NCBI GenBank assembly: GCA_017656425.1
Contig: JACDNV010000007.1
Span: forward strand, 67,821-131,820
Source: Fidelibacterota bacterium
Lineage (GTDB): Bacteria; Fidelibacterota; UBA2242; B5-G15
DNA: 64,000 nt
Reading direction: 5' to 3'
Position numbers and translations under genes: made by a program. How positions within the stretch are numbered: position 1 is the stretch's first letter; every line of letters begins with the position of its first letter. This document shows positions 47,622 through 57,125 of the stretch, piece by piece. Below the pieces are notes generated by a model. The model made no database searches. It had not been told where the DNA came from and saw only the letters and a program-made list of their open reading frames with translations.

Positions 47622-47663
47622 ATTAAAGTTTTAGTTTAAGTGCTATTGAAATTCGTTTGAGGT

Positions 47664-48041
47664 ATGGTTAGAACGATTAAGAAACTTTATTATTCAATTG
47701 GTGAGGTAAGCAAGATTACTGGATTGAAGCCACACGTTCTAAGGTATTGGGAGTCGGAATTTTCTCAATTATCTCCAGCAAAAAATAGAGCCGGTAATCG
47801 TATATATAGAGAAAAGGATATAGAATTAATCCATCTAATCAAAAACCTATTATATGAAAAAAAATTTACAATAGAAGGAGCAAAAAAATATTTAAAGGAA
47901 ATGAAGAGAAATGTTTCAATATCATCGGTTGATGTTAGTAAAGAAGAGTCTCTATCAAAAAAAAGAATTTTGGAAGTATTACAAAAAATTAAATTAGAGT
48001 TGATAGAAATAGCAAATTTGTTAGATAAAATTGATATATAA
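47664..48041 (+). CDS. MerR family transcriptional regulator
   Basis: N-terminal winged HTH YYSIGEVSKITGLKPHVLRYWESEF...R...G.R.Y...DIE, followed by a coiled-coil tail. Confidence 0.85.
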   Translation: MVRTIKKLYYSIGEVSKITGLKPHVLRYWESEFSQLSPAKNRAGNRIYREKDIELIHLIKNLLYEKKFTIEGAKKYLKEMKRNVSISSVDVSKEESLSKKRILEVLQKIKLELIEIANLLDKIDI

Positions 48042-48077
48042 TTTTTAAATTTGCTATAGCTTTTTGTTATATGAATA

Positions 48078-48152
48078 CGGAGCGTGGCGCAGTCAGGATA
48101 GCGCACCTGAATGGGGTTCAGGAGGTCGTCGGTTCGAATCCGACCGCTCCGA
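48078..48152 (+). tRNA. tRNA-Pro (anticodon GGG)
   Basis: Hand-folded: acceptor CGGAGCG/CGCTCCG, D arm GCGC-AGTCAGGATA-GCGC, anticodon arm CCTGA-ATGGGGT-TCAGG (G37), T arm GTCGG-TTCGAAT-CCGAC, discriminator A. No CCA. Confidence 0.9.
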
Positions 48153-48180
48153 CTAGTATTTCTTTCTATGGTATCAAAAG

Positions 48181-49041
48181 TTGGAATTTTATCATATTTG
48201 CAAGGATATAAATAAAGTAATCAGTGGTAAAGAAGGGGATAATTATTTAATCGTAGAGTTTACAAATGAGATAGATTACGAAACAATTGAAAAGAGGATT
48301 TCCAGTATCAAAGAGATTTATAAAGAATCAAAAATAGGACTCTATTTTAATTGTTTTGAAAATGAGTCCTTATATCAGAAAAGTTCATTTTATTCACCCG
48401 TTAATTATAGAGGTATTAATTATATACCTAAAAATAGTTATCATCCAGTTTGTCCAAACTATCCTGAGGTGAGAGAAAATTTTTATTCTTTTTTAGAAAA
48501 AGCTCAAATTATCAGACCTGATGTAATTTATTTTGACAATCTTGGATATCCTTTTGACTGGATAAATGACCCATTGGATGTTAAGGACCCGATGCCAAGG
48601 TATTGTTATTGTCCCTATTGTCTTGTCGGATTTTCCAGTGTTGTTGGAAAAATTATCTCAAATGAAGAACAAATGATGGATTATATGGAGGAATGGTTGG
48701 AATGGAGAATAACTACAATATCCAATCTGGTTAGTGATATAAGAGAGTATTATGGAGGCAAGGCAATTATATCACTGCTTCCTCTATTTTTGATCGATAT
48801 ACCCTTTGTTACAGGACAGGAAATTTTTGGGTTTCTGGGGAAAAATTTTTATTTGTCAACAAAGTTTTTTATCTGGGATAGGAAAAGGATTATTGGATGG
48901 TATAAAAATATTTTGGAGCAGATTAATATTGAAATCCCAAAGGAAAAATTTCTGTTTAGTGTAAGAATAACAGATATTGAAAAGTTGTGGAGAATGGTTC
49001 CTAATATCGAAAATTATCATGGTGTTGTAGTATTTGATTGA
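48181..49041 (+). CDS. hypothetical protein, possibly glycoside-hydrolase-like TIM-barrel fold
   Basis: TTG start. HPVCPNYPEVRENFYSFLEK....PDVIYFDNLGYPFDW and a CYCPYC motif resemble GHL-type putative hydrolases. The assignment is weak. Confidence 0.3.
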   Translation: MEFYHICKDINKVISGKEGDNYLIVEFTNEIDYETIEKRISSIKEIYKESKIGLYFNCFENESLYQKSSFYSPVNYRGINYIPKNSYHPVCPNYPEVRENFYSFLEKAQIIRPDVIYFDNLGYPFDWINDPLDVKDPMPRYCYCPYCLVGFSSVVGKIISNEEQMMDYMEEWLEWRITTISNLVSDIREYYGGKAIISLLPLFLIDIPFVTGQEIFGFLGKNFYLSTKFFIWDRKRIIGWYKNILEQINIEIPKEKFLFSVRITDIEKLWRMVPNIENYHGVVVFD

Positions 49042-49163
49042 TTATAAGTATTATAAATAATTCTTTTCACTAACACGATTAAACAATTTCTTGACAATGT
49101 AGTTTATTAAATTCTATGTTATGAATGTTTATTTAAATTAATATATGATCAGGTTCGTTAAGT

Positions 49164-50006
49164 ATGCCCAAGAGACGAGGTCTTATATATAAATTTTTTA
49201 TAATATTAATTCTTTTTATAGCTGTTGCTGCTGGATATTATGTTTTTAAAAAGAGACCAGAAAAAAACATAAGGAAAATACTTTATCGAGATTATATAAA
49301 TATTATAAGCTATAACATTAATCATGCAATTGGAACTGATGGTAATTATAGTATTTCAAGAATTATAAGAGCTCTAAGACGTAAGCCTTCTGATTTAATA
49401 TTTTTATTTGATGTTGATTATAAACTGGGTAGAACTTTTTATGATGATCAAGCTAGAATAATAGCTGCAAACCTAGGAATGGAGTTTACATTTGGAAAGC
49501 TTATAGAACATGATGGTGGATGGAACGGTTTTGCTATTCTTACCAGATATCCAATAGAGTTTTCGGAATTACAGGTAAATAAGGAAGGTAACAACATCAC
49601 CTACGGCATACTTCATGCGACTACAAAAATAGGATATAAAAAAATTCATTCTTATGGCATCTATTTCTTAGGTGATTCGTCCTCTTTTCATGACGATTTT
49701 AAGAAAATAATTGATTTGATTATGAAAAGAGGAATTAATAATTATATCGTTGCTTCAACATGTTTTAAGAATCCTCCAGATGATAAAATAATGAGTGACA
49801 TGTCTTATTATCTATACGAAATGAGTTCAGCCAGAATTGATGCTGAAAGTGTTGACTATGTAAATGATTTAGTGAATATAATGAACTTTATTTATATAAA
49901 TGATTATTTTGAGCCCGTGGAGTTTTTGATTATGAATGAAGATATAGCTCAGGAGGCGAGTGATTATTCCCCAATCTGGGCAAAAGTAAAAATAAAAATA
50001 GAATAA
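49164..50006 (+). CDS. endonuclease/exonuclease/phosphatase (EEP) fold protein with N-terminal membrane anchor
   Basis: TM anchor (LIYKFFIILILFIAVAAGYYVF), then ISYNINHAIGTDG, DLIFLFDVD, NGFAILTRYPI and a C-terminal SDYSPIWAKV, laid out like EEP motifs. Confidence 0.6.
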   Translation: MPKRRGLIYKFFIILILFIAVAAGYYVFKKRPEKNIRKILYRDYINIISYNINHAIGTDGNYSISRIIRALRRKPSDLIFLFDVDYKLGRTFYDDQARIIAANLGMEFTFGKLIEHDGGWNGFAILTRYPIEFSELQVNKEGNNITYGILHATTKIGYKKIHSYGIYFLGDSSSFHDDFKKIIDLIMKRGINNYIVASTCFKNPPDDKIMSDMSYYLYEMSSARIDAESVDYVNDLVNIMNFIYINDYFEPVEFLIMNEDIAQEASDYSPIWAKVKIKIE

Positions 50007-50010
50007 AAAT

Positions 50011-51168
50011 ATGGGAAAAATGAGATCCAGGGTTGTCATTATTGGATGTGAAGGATATAATTTTAATAAGCTTGTTTCCAAGATTCATTACGGTATTGAG
50101 CTTGCAGGTGGGGTTGAGAGGTTTTTTAAAAAAGGAGAGAAGATTTTACTAAAGCCAAATCTATTAAAAGCATCTTTACCTGAAAAATGTGTTACTACCT
50201 ATCCATTGTTTTTTAAAGCAGTGGCAAAAGTACTGAGGGATTTTGGTGTTCAGTTGGTGTATGGTGACTCTCCTGGATTTGGAAAACCAGAAAAAGTTGC
50301 TCAGAGAGCGGGACTTAAAGAAGTTGCTGATGAGATGGGAATTCCTTTTGTTGACTTTGAAAATGGTAAAGAGGTTTTTGCTTCTAATACTTATAGGAGT
50401 AAGAGATTATTTATTGCCAATGGTGTACTTGAAGCAGATGGTATCGTAAGCTTACCTAAATTTAAAACTCACCAGTTGACAGGGATTACCTGTGCTGTAA
50501 AGAATCAGCTTGGTTGTATTCCAGGCTTGAAAAAAGCTGAGCTTCATGTCATTTTCTCCAATCCTGAGAGTTTTTCTCAAATGCTTATAGATTTAAACCT
50601 AATAATAAAGCCTCGATTATATATCGTTGATGCTATTGATGCAATGGAAGGTAATGGTCCTGGAGCTGGTAAAAGATACAATCTTGGGCTAATAGTAATT
50701 TCTGACGATCCGGTTGCTATTGATTCCGTGTTATCTTATATTGTTAACATTGATCCGCAAGAAATTCCGACCAATAAATGGGGAGAGATTCTTGGTCTTG
50801 GTGTATCAAGGTTAGAAGACATTGAAGTAATAGGAGATTCTATAGAAAACTTTAGAACATTAAGCTTTAATACAAGCAGTGTTTCTAGAATTGGAATGGG
50901 TAATTTAGCAAGTATTCCGTTTCTAAGGAGATTATTAATAAGGAAACCTGTGGTTGATCACAATAGATGTAAAAAGTGTGGGATTTGTATTAACCAGTGT
51001 TCGGTAGACCCAAAAGCAATTAATTGGGTGTCCAAGAACGGGGAAAAATTTTTGAGATTTGATTATAATTTGTGTATTGGGTGTTTTTGCTGTCAGGAAG
51101 CTTGTCCCTTTGACGCAATATACGTTAAAACCCCGATATTGAACAGGATTCTAGATTGGATTGGTTGA
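50011..51168 (+). CDS. DUF362 domain protein fused to C-terminal 2x[4Fe-4S] ferredoxin domain
   Basis: It shares blocks with 7178-8086. The C-terminus has CKKCGICINQC and CIGCFCCQEACP. There is no signal peptide. Confidence 0.75.
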   Translation: MGKMRSRVVIIGCEGYNFNKLVSKIHYGIELAGGVERFFKKGEKILLKPNLLKASLPEKCVTTYPLFFKAVAKVLRDFGVQLVYGDSPGFGKPEKVAQRAGLKEVADEMGIPFVDFENGKEVFASNTYRSKRLFIANGVLEADGIVSLPKFKTHQLTGITCAVKNQLGCIPGLKKAELHVIFSNPESFSQMLIDLNLIIKPRLYIVDAIDAMEGNGPGAGKRYNLGLIVISDDPVAIDSVLSYIVNIDPQEIPTNKWGEILGLGVSRLEDIEVIGDSIENFRTLSFNTSSVSRIGMGNLASIPFLRRLLIRKPVVDHNRCKKCGICINQCSVDPKAINWVSKNGEKFLRFDYNLCIGCFCCQEACPFDAIYVKTPILNRILDWIG

Positions 51169-51181
51169 ATAGGAAGTATTT

Positions 51182-51550
51182 ATGGTCTTGTATTATGTTA
51201 TTATTGGGTTAATATTTTTAACTATTTTTATAGTTTCATTACTATTTCCTGAATTTGTGAAAAATCTAATGAAATACATTATAAAAAGGGAATTTTTTAT
51301 ACCAATTGGAATTGCTGAAATAATATTGGGACTTGGGATATTATATTTTAGACACCGGACTAAACTAAAGATATTTATCCTCATTATAGGTTTATTTTTG
51401 TTTATAGATGGTGTAATGTATTTGATTTCTGGTGAAAGAGTAAGGAAGTCCTATAGTAGATTCCTTGAAGAGGGTGACAGAATATTTAGATTCTACTTTT
51501 TATTCATTGGAATAATAGGATTGGGATTAATTTTAGCTGGATTTTATTGA
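51182..51550 (+). CDS. small integral membrane protein (about 4 TM helices)
   Basis: Hydrophobicity pattern only; I recognise no family. Confidence 0.4.
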   Translation: MVLYYVIIGLIFLTIFIVSLLFPEFVKNLMKYIIKREFFIPIGIAEIILGLGILYFRHRTKLKIFILIIGLFLFIDGVMYLISGERVRKSYSRFLEEGDRIFRFYFLFIGIIGLGLILAGFY

Positions 51551-51619
51551 TATTTTTAAAGATTATATGAATTGTAAAAGGGTATGAATTTTTATAAATT
51601 AAGTAATTGTTTTTTGAAT

Positions 51620-51692
51620 GGCGACGTACCCAAGTGGCTAAGGGAGCGGTCTGCAAAACCGCGATTCGCCGGTTCGAATCCGGCCGTCGCCT
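51620..51692 (+). tRNA. tRNA-Cys (anticodon GCA)
   Basis: Acceptor GGCGACG/CGTCGCC, anticodon arm GCGGT-CTGCAAA-ACCGC, T arm GCCGG-TTCGAAT-CCGGC, discriminator U as expected for Cys. No CCA. Confidence 0.9.
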
Positions 51693-51707
51693 CTTGGGTT
51701 GACATTT

Positions 51708-51793
51708 GCCGAGGTGGCGGAATTGGTAGACGCAAGGGACTTAAAATCCCTCGGGGTTTTTACTCCGTGCGAGTTCGAGTCTCGCCCTCGGCA
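51708..51793 (+). tRNA. tRNA-Leu (anticodon UAA), long variable arm
   Basis: Acceptor GCCGAGG/CCTCGGC, anticodon arm AGGGA-CTTAAAA-TCCCT, an extended variable arm, T arm GCGAG-TTCGAGT-CTCGC, discriminator A. It lies 15 nt after tRNA-Cys. Confidence 0.9.
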
Positions 51794-51909
51794 CTAAAAC
51801 CTTGGAAAAACTTAGTCATTCATGTAATTTTATTAATACCAAAGAAAATTAGGATTTAATTTTTACTTATATAAATGTAAATTAGTATTGTATATGATTT
51901 TGGTGAATT

Positions 51910-52515
51910 ATGAAGAGATGGATAATAATTGGTTTGCTATTATTTGAATGTGTTTACATAGCTAAGGCAGATGAAAAATTTGAATTGAAGACGAGGAGAA
52001 ATGTTTTTGGTGTAAATGCTGGTATATATCAATATGGAACAGGTATAGGTTTATTCTATGATTATGTTTTAAAGAAAGGGTGGGTACTTGAACCATTTCT
52101 TTCATTTATAATAGTTAGGGATGAGATCGATATCCCTTATTATGATTATTATTATATGACATATGTTCAGAGGGGAGATGCGAAGAGACTAAACTTCTTA
52201 CCTGTGATGGTGGGTATTAAAAAATATCTATTTATAAATAAATTAGAAGGCAATTTTAAACCACATGCTTGCTTTGCTGGCGGTGCAGTAGTTTATTTTG
52301 ACCCTCCGAACATTTATGATTTTGTTGAAAGAATAAAAAAGATGAGAACTGGTATCTCGCAAGGGATTGAGTCGTATATTGGTGTTGAGTTTTTGAGCAT
52401 GTTCGGTGGAGTAATATCGATAGATCTTGGATACCAGGCTTATTTTTTTAACAAAAAATTAGAGGGTAGTAGGGTATATAGTGGAATGTTTGTTAAATTC
52501 CAATTCGGTAGATAG
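51910..52515 (+). CDS. hypothetical secreted protein, possible small outer-membrane beta-barrel
   Basis: Signal peptide (MKRWIIIGLLLFECVYIAKA), an alternating aromatic/glycine pattern, and an aromatic-rich C-terminus FVKFQFGR. Confidence 0.35.
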   Translation: MKRWIIIGLLLFECVYIAKADEKFELKTRRNVFGVNAGIYQYGTGIGLFYDYVLKKGWVLEPFLSFIIVRDEIDIPYYDYYYMTYVQRGDAKRLNFLPVMVGIKKYLFINKLEGNFKPHACFAGGAVVYFDPPNIYDFVERIKKMRTGISQGIESYIGVEFLSMFGGVISIDLGYQAYFFNKKLEGSRVYSGMFVKFQFGR

Positions 52516-52520
52516 TCTAA

Positions 52521-53234
52521 ATGCATGACTTTCTATTTTACTCTGATGATATTGACCTTAAGAATAAAAGGTTAATTTTGAAAGGTGATGAATTCAAACA
52601 TGCCTTTAAAATTTTAAGAAAAAAGGTAGGAGACACTTTAACTATATTTGATGGTTTGGGTGTGAAATACAAGGTGTTAGTGAATAAGATCGAAAAAAAT
52701 AGAGCGATTTGTAGTGTTACCGATATTTTTACTTGTAATGAGGTGTATCCTGAATTACAAGTTGGAGTTGGATTGCTAAAATCTAAGGCTATGGTAGAGG
52801 TTATAAAGGATTGTAGCGCACTTGGTATTTCGGAAATATTGTTATTTAGATCTAAAAATTCGGTAGTGAAGGAGGTAAACTTAGAAAGATTAAAGAAAAT
52901 CTCTATTGAATCTGTAAAACAATCAAATGGGTTTAGAATTCCAGCTATAAAGTATATGGACAGATTTGACGCATGTTTAAAAGAAATGTCAGAAGATGGA
53001 TTAAAGCTTATAGCGGATATGGATGGGGAAGTTGCAATTAGTAGTATCTTTGACAAGGACGGTCTCCCGGAAAAAGTGTGTATATTGTTTGGTCCTGAAG
53101 GGGGATTTACAAAAGAAGAGATAGAAAAAGCAAAAGACTTTGGTTTTGAGACAGTGAAATTAATTGATAGGAGATTGAGAACTGAGTTAGCAATAATCAC
53201 TGCAGTTTCATATATTTTATACAGTTATTATTAG
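52521..53234 (+). CDS. rsmE: 16S rRNA (uracil1498-N3)-methyltransferase
   Basis: A PUA-like N-terminus (L.G.E.KH....LR...GD....FDG) and a SPOUT C-terminus (ILFGPEGGFT.EE......GF....L..R.LR.E.A). Confidence 0.88.
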   Translation: MHDFLFYSDDIDLKNKRLILKGDEFKHAFKILRKKVGDTLTIFDGLGVKYKVLVNKIEKNRAICSVTDIFTCNEVYPELQVGVGLLKSKAMVEVIKDCSALGISEILLFRSKNSVVKEVNLERLKKISIESVKQSNGFRIPAIKYMDRFDACLKEMSEDGLKLIADMDGEVAISSIFDKDGLPEKVCILFGPEGGFTKEEIEKAKDFGFETVKLIDRRLRTELAIITAVSYILYSYY

Positions 53235-53244
53235 GAGGCAAAAA

Positions 53245-53592
53245 TTGGATAAAGAATGTATCTTTTGTAAAATAGTGGATAAAGAGATCAAAGCGGGTAT
53301 AGTTTACGAAGATGATGAAATTATTGCGTTCAAAGATATTAATCCAAAGGCACCTGTACATATTTTAATAATTCCCAAGTCTCATATCCCTTCTATTAAT
53401 GATATTAACGAAACCGATTATCTTGTACTGGGGAAGATGTTTGGTGTTGCCAAAAAAGTAGCTGTTGATAATGGTATATCAGAATCCGGTTACCGATTGG
53501 TTGTAAATTGTAAGAGGAATGCAGGACAAGAGGTTTTTCATATTCATATGCACCTTTTAGGTGGGCGTAAAATGAGATGGCCTCCTGGTTAG
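53245..53592 (+). CDS. histidine triad (HIT) family protein
   Basis: TTG start; CIFCKI, AFKDINPKAPVHILIIPK and HIHMHLLGG motifs. Confidence 0.92.
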   Translation: MDKECIFCKIVDKEIKAGIVYEDDEIIAFKDINPKAPVHILIIPKSHIPSINDINETDYLVLGKMFGVAKKVAVDNGISESGYRLVVNCKRNAGQEVFHIHMHLLGGRKMRWPPG

Positions 53593-53596
53593 GGAT

Positions 53597-56500
53597 ATGT
53601 ATATTTCAAAGTTAAATATATTTGGATTCAAATCTTTTTATAAAAAATCGGAAATCGATTTCGATAGAGGGATCACCGCAATTGTTGGTCCAAATGGATG
53701 TGGAAAATCGAATATAGTCGATGCGATTAGATGGGTGATAGGAGAGCAAAAACCGACGGTTCTTCGTGTAGATAAAGGTACGGATGTAATTTTTAACGGT
53801 ACGGAAAAGGTCAAGCCTTTAAACCTTGCTGAAGTATCATTGGTAATTCATAACGAAAGTGGTAAAATTCCGATAGCTCTTTCTGATATAGTAATTACGC
53901 GAAGAATGTATCGAAGTGGTGATAGTGAATATTTAATTAATAACCATGTTTGCCGTCTTAAGGATATAAATGATCTTTTTATTGATACTGGAATGGGGGC
54001 AAATGCCTATTCCATCATGGAATTGAAGATGGTTGAGGAGATTTTAAGTGAAAATCCCGAAGAGAGAAAACAGTTATTTGAAGAAGCAGCAGGAGTTAAT
54101 AAATACCGAATACAAAGGAAATCTGCTCTGAGGAAACTGGAGGCTACTGAAAATGATCTATTGCGTTTAAGTGATATTATCCAGGAAGTAGAATCTAAGG
54201 TTAGAAAGCTTCGTTCACAACTAAAAAAATATGAAAAGTATCGTGATTATACAAAGAAGTTAATTGAATCAGAAATTTTATTAACCTCAAGGAAGATAAT
54301 AGCTATTCGTTCATCAATTGATCCTCTTAAGGAGAGGCTGAATTCACTAATTGGAGATAGAGATAAGCTTGAGGTGGAAATAAGCCAGAATGAGGAAAAA
54401 CTGAAAGAGAAGGAGGCTCTATTAAATAGCCTTGAAAATGAACACTTGCAATATATTGAGGACCGAAATTCCATAATGGAGAATAAATCTGAATTGGAAA
54501 AAGAACTTGTGTTGTTAAGAGAGAAATTGAAAAATATTGAGTTGAATATTGATAGGGAAAATAATGAGATGAATTCTCTAAGGTCCGAAATATTGAAAAG
54601 AAAACAGGAAAACGAAGTTTTAAGCAAAAAGATACAGGATGTAAGGAAAAGTATTGCCAATAACCAGAGTAGACATTCGATTAAGGAAAAGGATCTTGAA
54701 AAGCTTAGTAACATATATGAAAACCTTAGAGAGAAGCTTACGGAATTGAAAGATAAGAAATTTTCGCTAATGAGAGAAAGAAGTGAAATCCAGGAAAGGA
54801 TAAAGAATCTTCGAGAAAATATCACTACCCGAGAAAATGAAAATAAAGGAATTGAAGAAAGAATCATTAGAGACGAGGAGAAGTTAAAGAATATTTCTTC
54901 TGATGTTAAGAGGCTTTCTGAAAAAGTTGCAAAGTTGCAAAATGCTCTTGGAAATTATATATCTGCACAAAATCAGGAGAGAAATAGACTTGATAAGCTA
55001 ATAAAAAAAGAGGAAATCCTGACTAAAAAGTTGAATCAGACAAAAGTGGAGATAGAGAGTATAGGAGAAAAAATAGAGTTTTATGATAAATTAATTGAAA
55101 ATATAGGCTCTGATAATGAGTTGCTGAATGTACTGCTGAAAAATCAAAAAGGGACATCGGGTTTTAAGGGAGCATTATTTGATTTAATTGATGTTGATCA
55201 GGGATATCGTCATCTGATAGAAATAGTACTTGGTGATATTGAGAACATTATCGTTGTGAAGGATTTGAAAAATATTTTAGATAAAATAAATAACATAGAA
55301 GATTCGCTTAAGGGTAAGGTTACCATACTAACTGAAGAATTAGTGCGAAAAGATAAAAGTAAAAAGGTTAGTGACGAATTTGTACCGATTTTAAATTTTA
55401 TTAAATCAACTCCGGATGCAAGTAAAGTTGTATCGTATATTTTTGGAAATATTTATATAGTTAATGATGATGTATTCGATAAAATAGCATCAAAAGCAGA
55501 ATATCATGGTGTTGGCCTCTTATCGAAATCTGGGAAGTACAAGAGGCCGGATGATTCAATAATAGTAACTAAGGGTTATAAAAAAGAGAACGTTCTAATT
55601 GGAAGAAAAATGGTTTTGAATAGATTAAGGGAGAAGCTGGATATACTCAAAACGAGATACGATGCTCAGCAATCAGATTTGGAAGAAGTTGTTGAAAATA
55701 AGAAAAATTCCCAGCTTGTATTAAAACAGATTGATTCTAAAATAAAAGAAATAGATATAAAGCTAAAAGAAAGTAGAGAAAGGTTGAATAAATTACATAT
55801 AGAAAACGGGAAACTTACATCATCAATTGATGCATTAAATGACAGTCTAATGGCTAACAAGGTTGCTATAGATTCTTTTAAGAGTAGATTGAAAAAAGAG
55901 TTGGAAATAATTGAGGAATTCGATAAAAAAATAAAAGCGCTGGAGGATGAAATAATTGAAAAAGAACAAAGCTTTTCAGAAGTGAGTAATGAATATGAAA
56001 ATATTTCCAACGAAATCTCTGAGCTAAAAATAAGTCTTGTTAATCTGAAAAATGATCTTGAAAATCTTGAACGGAGATTTGAGGTAAATAAACGTTTTCT
56101 AAGTAGTTCTGATGACCGATTAAAAGAAATTATAGATAGAATAGAAATATTAAATGCTGATAAAGAGTCAATTGGTAAGAATATTGAAGAAAGGTCAGCT
56201 TTGGTCGAGGATGTTGATGGTAACTTCTCAAAGGTGCAGCGAGATATAAAAGATATTGAGAATAAAATTAGAAATATAAAGGAAGAAACCAGTAGCATTA
56301 ATATGAGGCTTTATAAATTTAGACATCAAAGAGATAGATTAATCGAAGAAATAAAGAAAACTGAATTGGAAATAAGAGAACTTGAAAGTAAGGAAAATGA
56401 GCTCCGAACTGTAATAAGGGAGAAATACAAAAGAGAGATTGATATAGATAATATTAATGAGGATATTTCAGTAGAACAGATAGAAAGGAACATAGAGCGG

Positions 56501-57115
56501 TATAAAAGAGAGCTGGAGATACTTGGTTCAATAAATCTTAGTGTGGAAGAAGAATACAAGTCTGAGAGTGAAAGATTAAAATTTTTGAAAGAACAAATGA
56601 ATGATTTAATCAAGTCTGGGGAAAGTTTGAAGAATATTATTGCTGAGATAGATAAAGTGGCTAGGGAACAATATTTATCAGTATTCAGGAAAATTCAGGT
56701 GAATTTTGAAGAAACATTTAAAGCATTTTTTGGTGGTGGAACCGCTGAGCTAAGACTTGAAGGTGGCGATGATCCATTAGAATCGAAGGTAGAAATTTAC
56801 GCCTGTCCTAGAGGCAAAAAGCTTCAGTCTCTAAAAATGTTATCTGCAGGTGAAAAAGCTTTAACGGCTATTTCTCTACTATTCGCTATATATCAGGTGA
56901 AACCAAGTCCTTTTTGTGTACTGGATGAGGTAGATGCTCCGCTTGATGATGAAAATATTAAAAGGTTTGCTAATGTGATAAAAACATTTTCCAAAAACAC
57001 ACAATTCATTATAGTAACACATAACAAATTAACAATGAACATGGCGGATGTTCTATATGGGGTCACTATGCCCCAACATGGTATTAGTCAGATTGTATCT
57101 GTTAAAATGAAGTAA
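53597..57115 (+). CDS. smc: chromosome segregation protein SMC
   Basis: 1172 aa. Walker A GPNGCGKSN, long coiled coils flanking a hinge (GF.G.L.DLI.V...Y..IE..LG), signature LSAGEKAL and Walker B FCVLDEVDAPLD. Confidence 0.96.
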   Translation: MYISKLNIFGFKSFYKKSEIDFDRGITAIVGPNGCGKSNIVDAIRWVIGEQKPTVLRVDKGTDVIFNGTEKVKPLNLAEVSLVIHNESGKIPIALSDIVITRRMYRSGDSEYLINNHVCRLKDINDLFIDTGMGANAYSIMELKMVEEILSENPEERKQLFEEAAGVNKYRIQRKSALRKLEATENDLLRLSDIIQEVESKVRKLRSQLKKYEKYRDYTKKLIESEILLTSRKIIAIRSSIDPLKERLNSLIGDRDKLEVEISQNEEKLKEKEALLNSLENEHLQYIEDRNSIMENKSELEKELVLLREKLKNIELNIDRENNEMNSLRSEILKRKQENEVLSKKIQDVRKSIANNQSRHSIKEKDLEKLSNIYENLREKLTELKDKKFSLMRERSEIQERIKNLRENITTRENENKGIEERIIRDEEKLKNISSDVKRLSEKVAKLQNALGNYISAQNQERNRLDKLIKKEEILTKKLNQTKVEIESIGEKIEFYDKLIENIGSDNELLNVLLKNQKGTSGFKGALFDLIDVDQGYRHLIEIVLGDIENIIVVKDLKNILDKINNIEDSLKGKVTILTEELVRKDKSKKVSDEFVPILNFIKSTPDASKVVSYIFGNIYIVNDDVFDKIASKAEYHGVGLLSKSGKYKRPDDSIIVTKGYKKENVLIGRKMVLNRLREKLDILKTRYDAQQSDLEEVVENKKNSQLVLKQIDSKIKEIDIKLKESRERLNKLHIENGKLTSSIDALNDSLMANKVAIDSFKSRLKKELEIIEEFDKKIKALEDEIIEKEQSFSEVSNEYENISNEISELKISLVNLKNDLENLERRFEVNKRFLSSSDDRLKEIIDRIEILNADKESIGKNIEERSALVEDVDGNFSKVQRDIKDIENKIRNIKEETSSINMRLYKFRHQRDRLIEEIKKTELEIRELESKENELRTVIREKYKREIDIDNINEDISVEQIERNIERYKRELEILGSINLSVEEEYKSESERLKFLKEQMNDLIKSGESLKNIIAEIDKVAREQYLSVFRKIQVNFEETFKAFFGGGTAELRLEGGDDPLESKVEIYACPRGKKLQSLKMLSAGEKALTAISLLFAIYQVKPSPFCVLDEVDAPLDDENIKRFANVIKTFSKNTQFIIVTHNKLTMNMADVLYGVTMPQHGISQIVSVKMK

Positions 57116-57125
57116 AAGGTCAATA

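Noticed and set aside
54247-56613. Long antisense ORFs inside smc (54247-54867, 55666-56298, 56326-56613) and inside rsmE (52538-53200)
   Set aside because: Their translations are low-complexity and S/F/I/L-rich. They mirror purine-rich (K/E) sense codons of clearly conserved genes, have no RBS and carry no recognisable motifs.
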